A DNA stretch of 64,000 nucleotides from Gemmatales bacterium (lineage in GTDB: Bacteria; Planctomycetota; Planctomycetia; Gemmatales; HRBIN36). Positions 62,639 to 64,000 of the stretch are shown piece after piece (position 1 is the first letter of the stretch; the number at the start of each line of letters is the position of its first letter). Made by a program: the position numbers and the translations under genes. Under the pieces are notes generated by a model. It was not told the DNA's origin, searched no databases, and saw only the letters and a list, made by a program, of their open reading frames with translations. The stretch lies in assembly GCA_041640595.1 (NCBI GenBank), contig JBEPZY010000002.1:38532-102531 (forward strand), in the 5' to 3' direction.

Positions 62639-63368
62639 GAAGCTAGAGATGAATGCTGCGGTGATTTGTCGAAAGGTAGTAAAGGTCTTTGGCGACGGCG
62701 AGCCAGTTTACGCCCTGCGCGGGGTGGACCTGCAACTTCCGTTCGGAGAACTGTCACTGCTGGTAGGGCCCTCCGGGTCAGGCAAAACGACGTTATTGTG
62801 TATCTTAGCGGGTCTCTTATATCCCACCTCTGGCGAAGTAGAGGTGCTTGGACATCGCTTACACGAGATGAGTGCCCGAGAGTTAGTGCGCCTGAGAGCC
62901 CGCGAAATTGGTTTCGTCTTTCAGCAGTATAATCTTTTGCCCGCGCTAACAGCTCAGGAAAACGCTGCGGTACCCTTGTTAATTCAGGGGGTGCCGCGTC
63001 GGCAAGCATTACAGCGGGCGGCAGAATTATTAGAAGAATTAGGCGTGGCCGATCGGATGCACGCTTATCCTCACCAGCTGTCCGGAGGTCAGCAGCAGCG
63101 GGTGGCCATTGCTCGTGCCCTGGTGCATCAGCCACGCTTCCTGGTATGCGATGAACCGACGGCAGCCCTCGATGCGGAATCTGGACGTCGGACTATGGAA
63201 CTGATTCGCCGGGTGATTGTCCGGCCCGATCGCGCTGTGCTGGTAGTCACGCACGATTCCCGCATTTTTGATTTTGGCCAGCGCATCATCTATATGAACG
63301 ATGGTGTGGTGGTCCGTGAGGAAGTTCCCAGCCAGCAAGGGCACTTGATTGCAGGAGCGCCGTCATGA
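62631..63368 (+). CDS. ABC transporter ATP-binding protein (LolD/DevA-like)
   Basis: GPSGSGKTT, FVFQQYNL, LSGGQQQRVAIARAL, CDEPTAALD, VTHD. Confidence 0.95.
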   Translation: MLRKLEMNAAVICRKVVKVFGDGEPVYALRGVDLQLPFGELSLLVGPSGSGKTTLLCILAGLLYPTSGEVEVLGHRLHEMSARELVRLRAREIGFVFQQYNLLPALTAQENAAVPLLIQGVPRRQALQRAAELLEELGVADRMHAYPHQLSGGQQQRVAIARALVHQPRFLVCDEPTAALDAESGRRTMELIRRVIVRPDRAVLVVTHDSRIFDFGQRIIYMNDGVVVREEVPSQQGHLIAGAPS

Positions 63369-64000
63369 TTCGCCGCTATATATTACCCGTGCTATCACTG
63401 CTCCTGGTAGCCCTGGCCATTTACCGGGTCTATTCCACACAACGCCAGGAGCCGATATTAGAGCCGGCCGTACCTCCGCCGAGCAGCCCTTATCAATATA
63501 CGGTTGCCGGAGCCGGGATGGTTGAAGCGCGGATGGAAAACGTGCAGATAGCACCGGCAATTCCTGGGTTGGTGCTGGAAATATATGTAGATGTCGGCCA
63601 GCGGGTGCGAAAAGGCGACCCATTGTTGCGAGTGGATGATCGTCATCTGCGGGCACAGTTGCAGCAAGCTGAGGCACAATTGCGATACGCCCAGGCTCAG
63701 TTAGCGAAACTCGAAGCCATGCCACGACCGGAAGAATTGCCGCCCGCTCGAGCACGAGTCGCTGCTGCTCAGGTAGCCCTGGCTCTGGCGGAAGACGCTT
63801 TCCGTCGCGCCGAGCGTGTCTGGATGACTAAGCAAATTGCCGAGGAAGAGTACGTGCAAAAGCGGTTACAACGTGACTTAGCCCAGCAGCAACTGGCTCA
63901 GGCGGAAGCAGATTTGCGTTTATTAGAAGCCGGCGCCTGGGAGCGAGATAAGGAAATTGCCCGCGCCCAGGTCGAGCAGATGCGAGCACAAATCGCCACG
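63365..64000 (+). CDS. HlyD/membrane-fusion (periplasmic adaptor) protein, truncated by the window end
   Basis: Own translation from ATG 63365: MIRRYILPVLSLLLVALAIY..VAGAGMVEARMENVQIAPAIPGLVLEIYVDVGQRVRKGDPLLRVDDR, followed by a coiled coil. Absent from the ORF track because it has no stop in the window. Confidence 0.9.
   Translation, partial: MIRRYILPVLSLLLVALAIYRVYSTQRQEPILEPAVPPPSSPYQYTVAGAGMVEARMENVQIAPAIPGLVLEIYVDVGQRVRKGDPLLRVDDRHLRAQLQQAEAQLRYAQAQLAKLEAMPRPEELPPARARVAAAQVALALAEDAFRRAERVWMTKQIAEEEYVQKRLQRDLAQQQLAQAEADLRLLEAGAWERDKEIARAQVEQMRAQIAT

Overview
64-kb GC-rich bacterial chromosomal window, most likely from a Planctomycete (Gemmatales-like). The lineage call rests on a DUF1559 prepilin-like gene, an LEDRxVPA export motif, and several Ser/Thr kinases and LRR/WD40 proteins. 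Housekeeping genes (glgP, surE, metF, ilvB, pstS, tRNA-Thr(UGU), lutAB, thrS, a TetR-ABC-HlyD export operon) are interleaved with five 0.5-1.5 kb mosaic arrays of one REP-like hairpin whose stem shows compensatory changes. No transposase, integrase or cas gene is visible. Main points of interest: (i) a large cobalamin riboswitch, with P1, the L5-L13 kissing loop and an anti-SD platform all readable, upstream of a DUF1559 pilin-like gene that converges on a BtuF-like gene; (ii) a tandem locus of secreted LRR proteins showing exact 72-bp module exchange, a relic C-cap, repeat-rich spacers and an empty third start site; (iii) an isolated two-gene module encoding an RxxxxH HEPN-like protein and an unknown partner; (iv) a kinase with a 7-bladed WD40 propeller apparently inserted into a beta-helix, next to an FHA-ABC transporter; (v) tandem copies of the tRNA-Thr 3' end and other unexplained short-period duplications. 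All family calls come from motif recognition by eye; no database searches were run.
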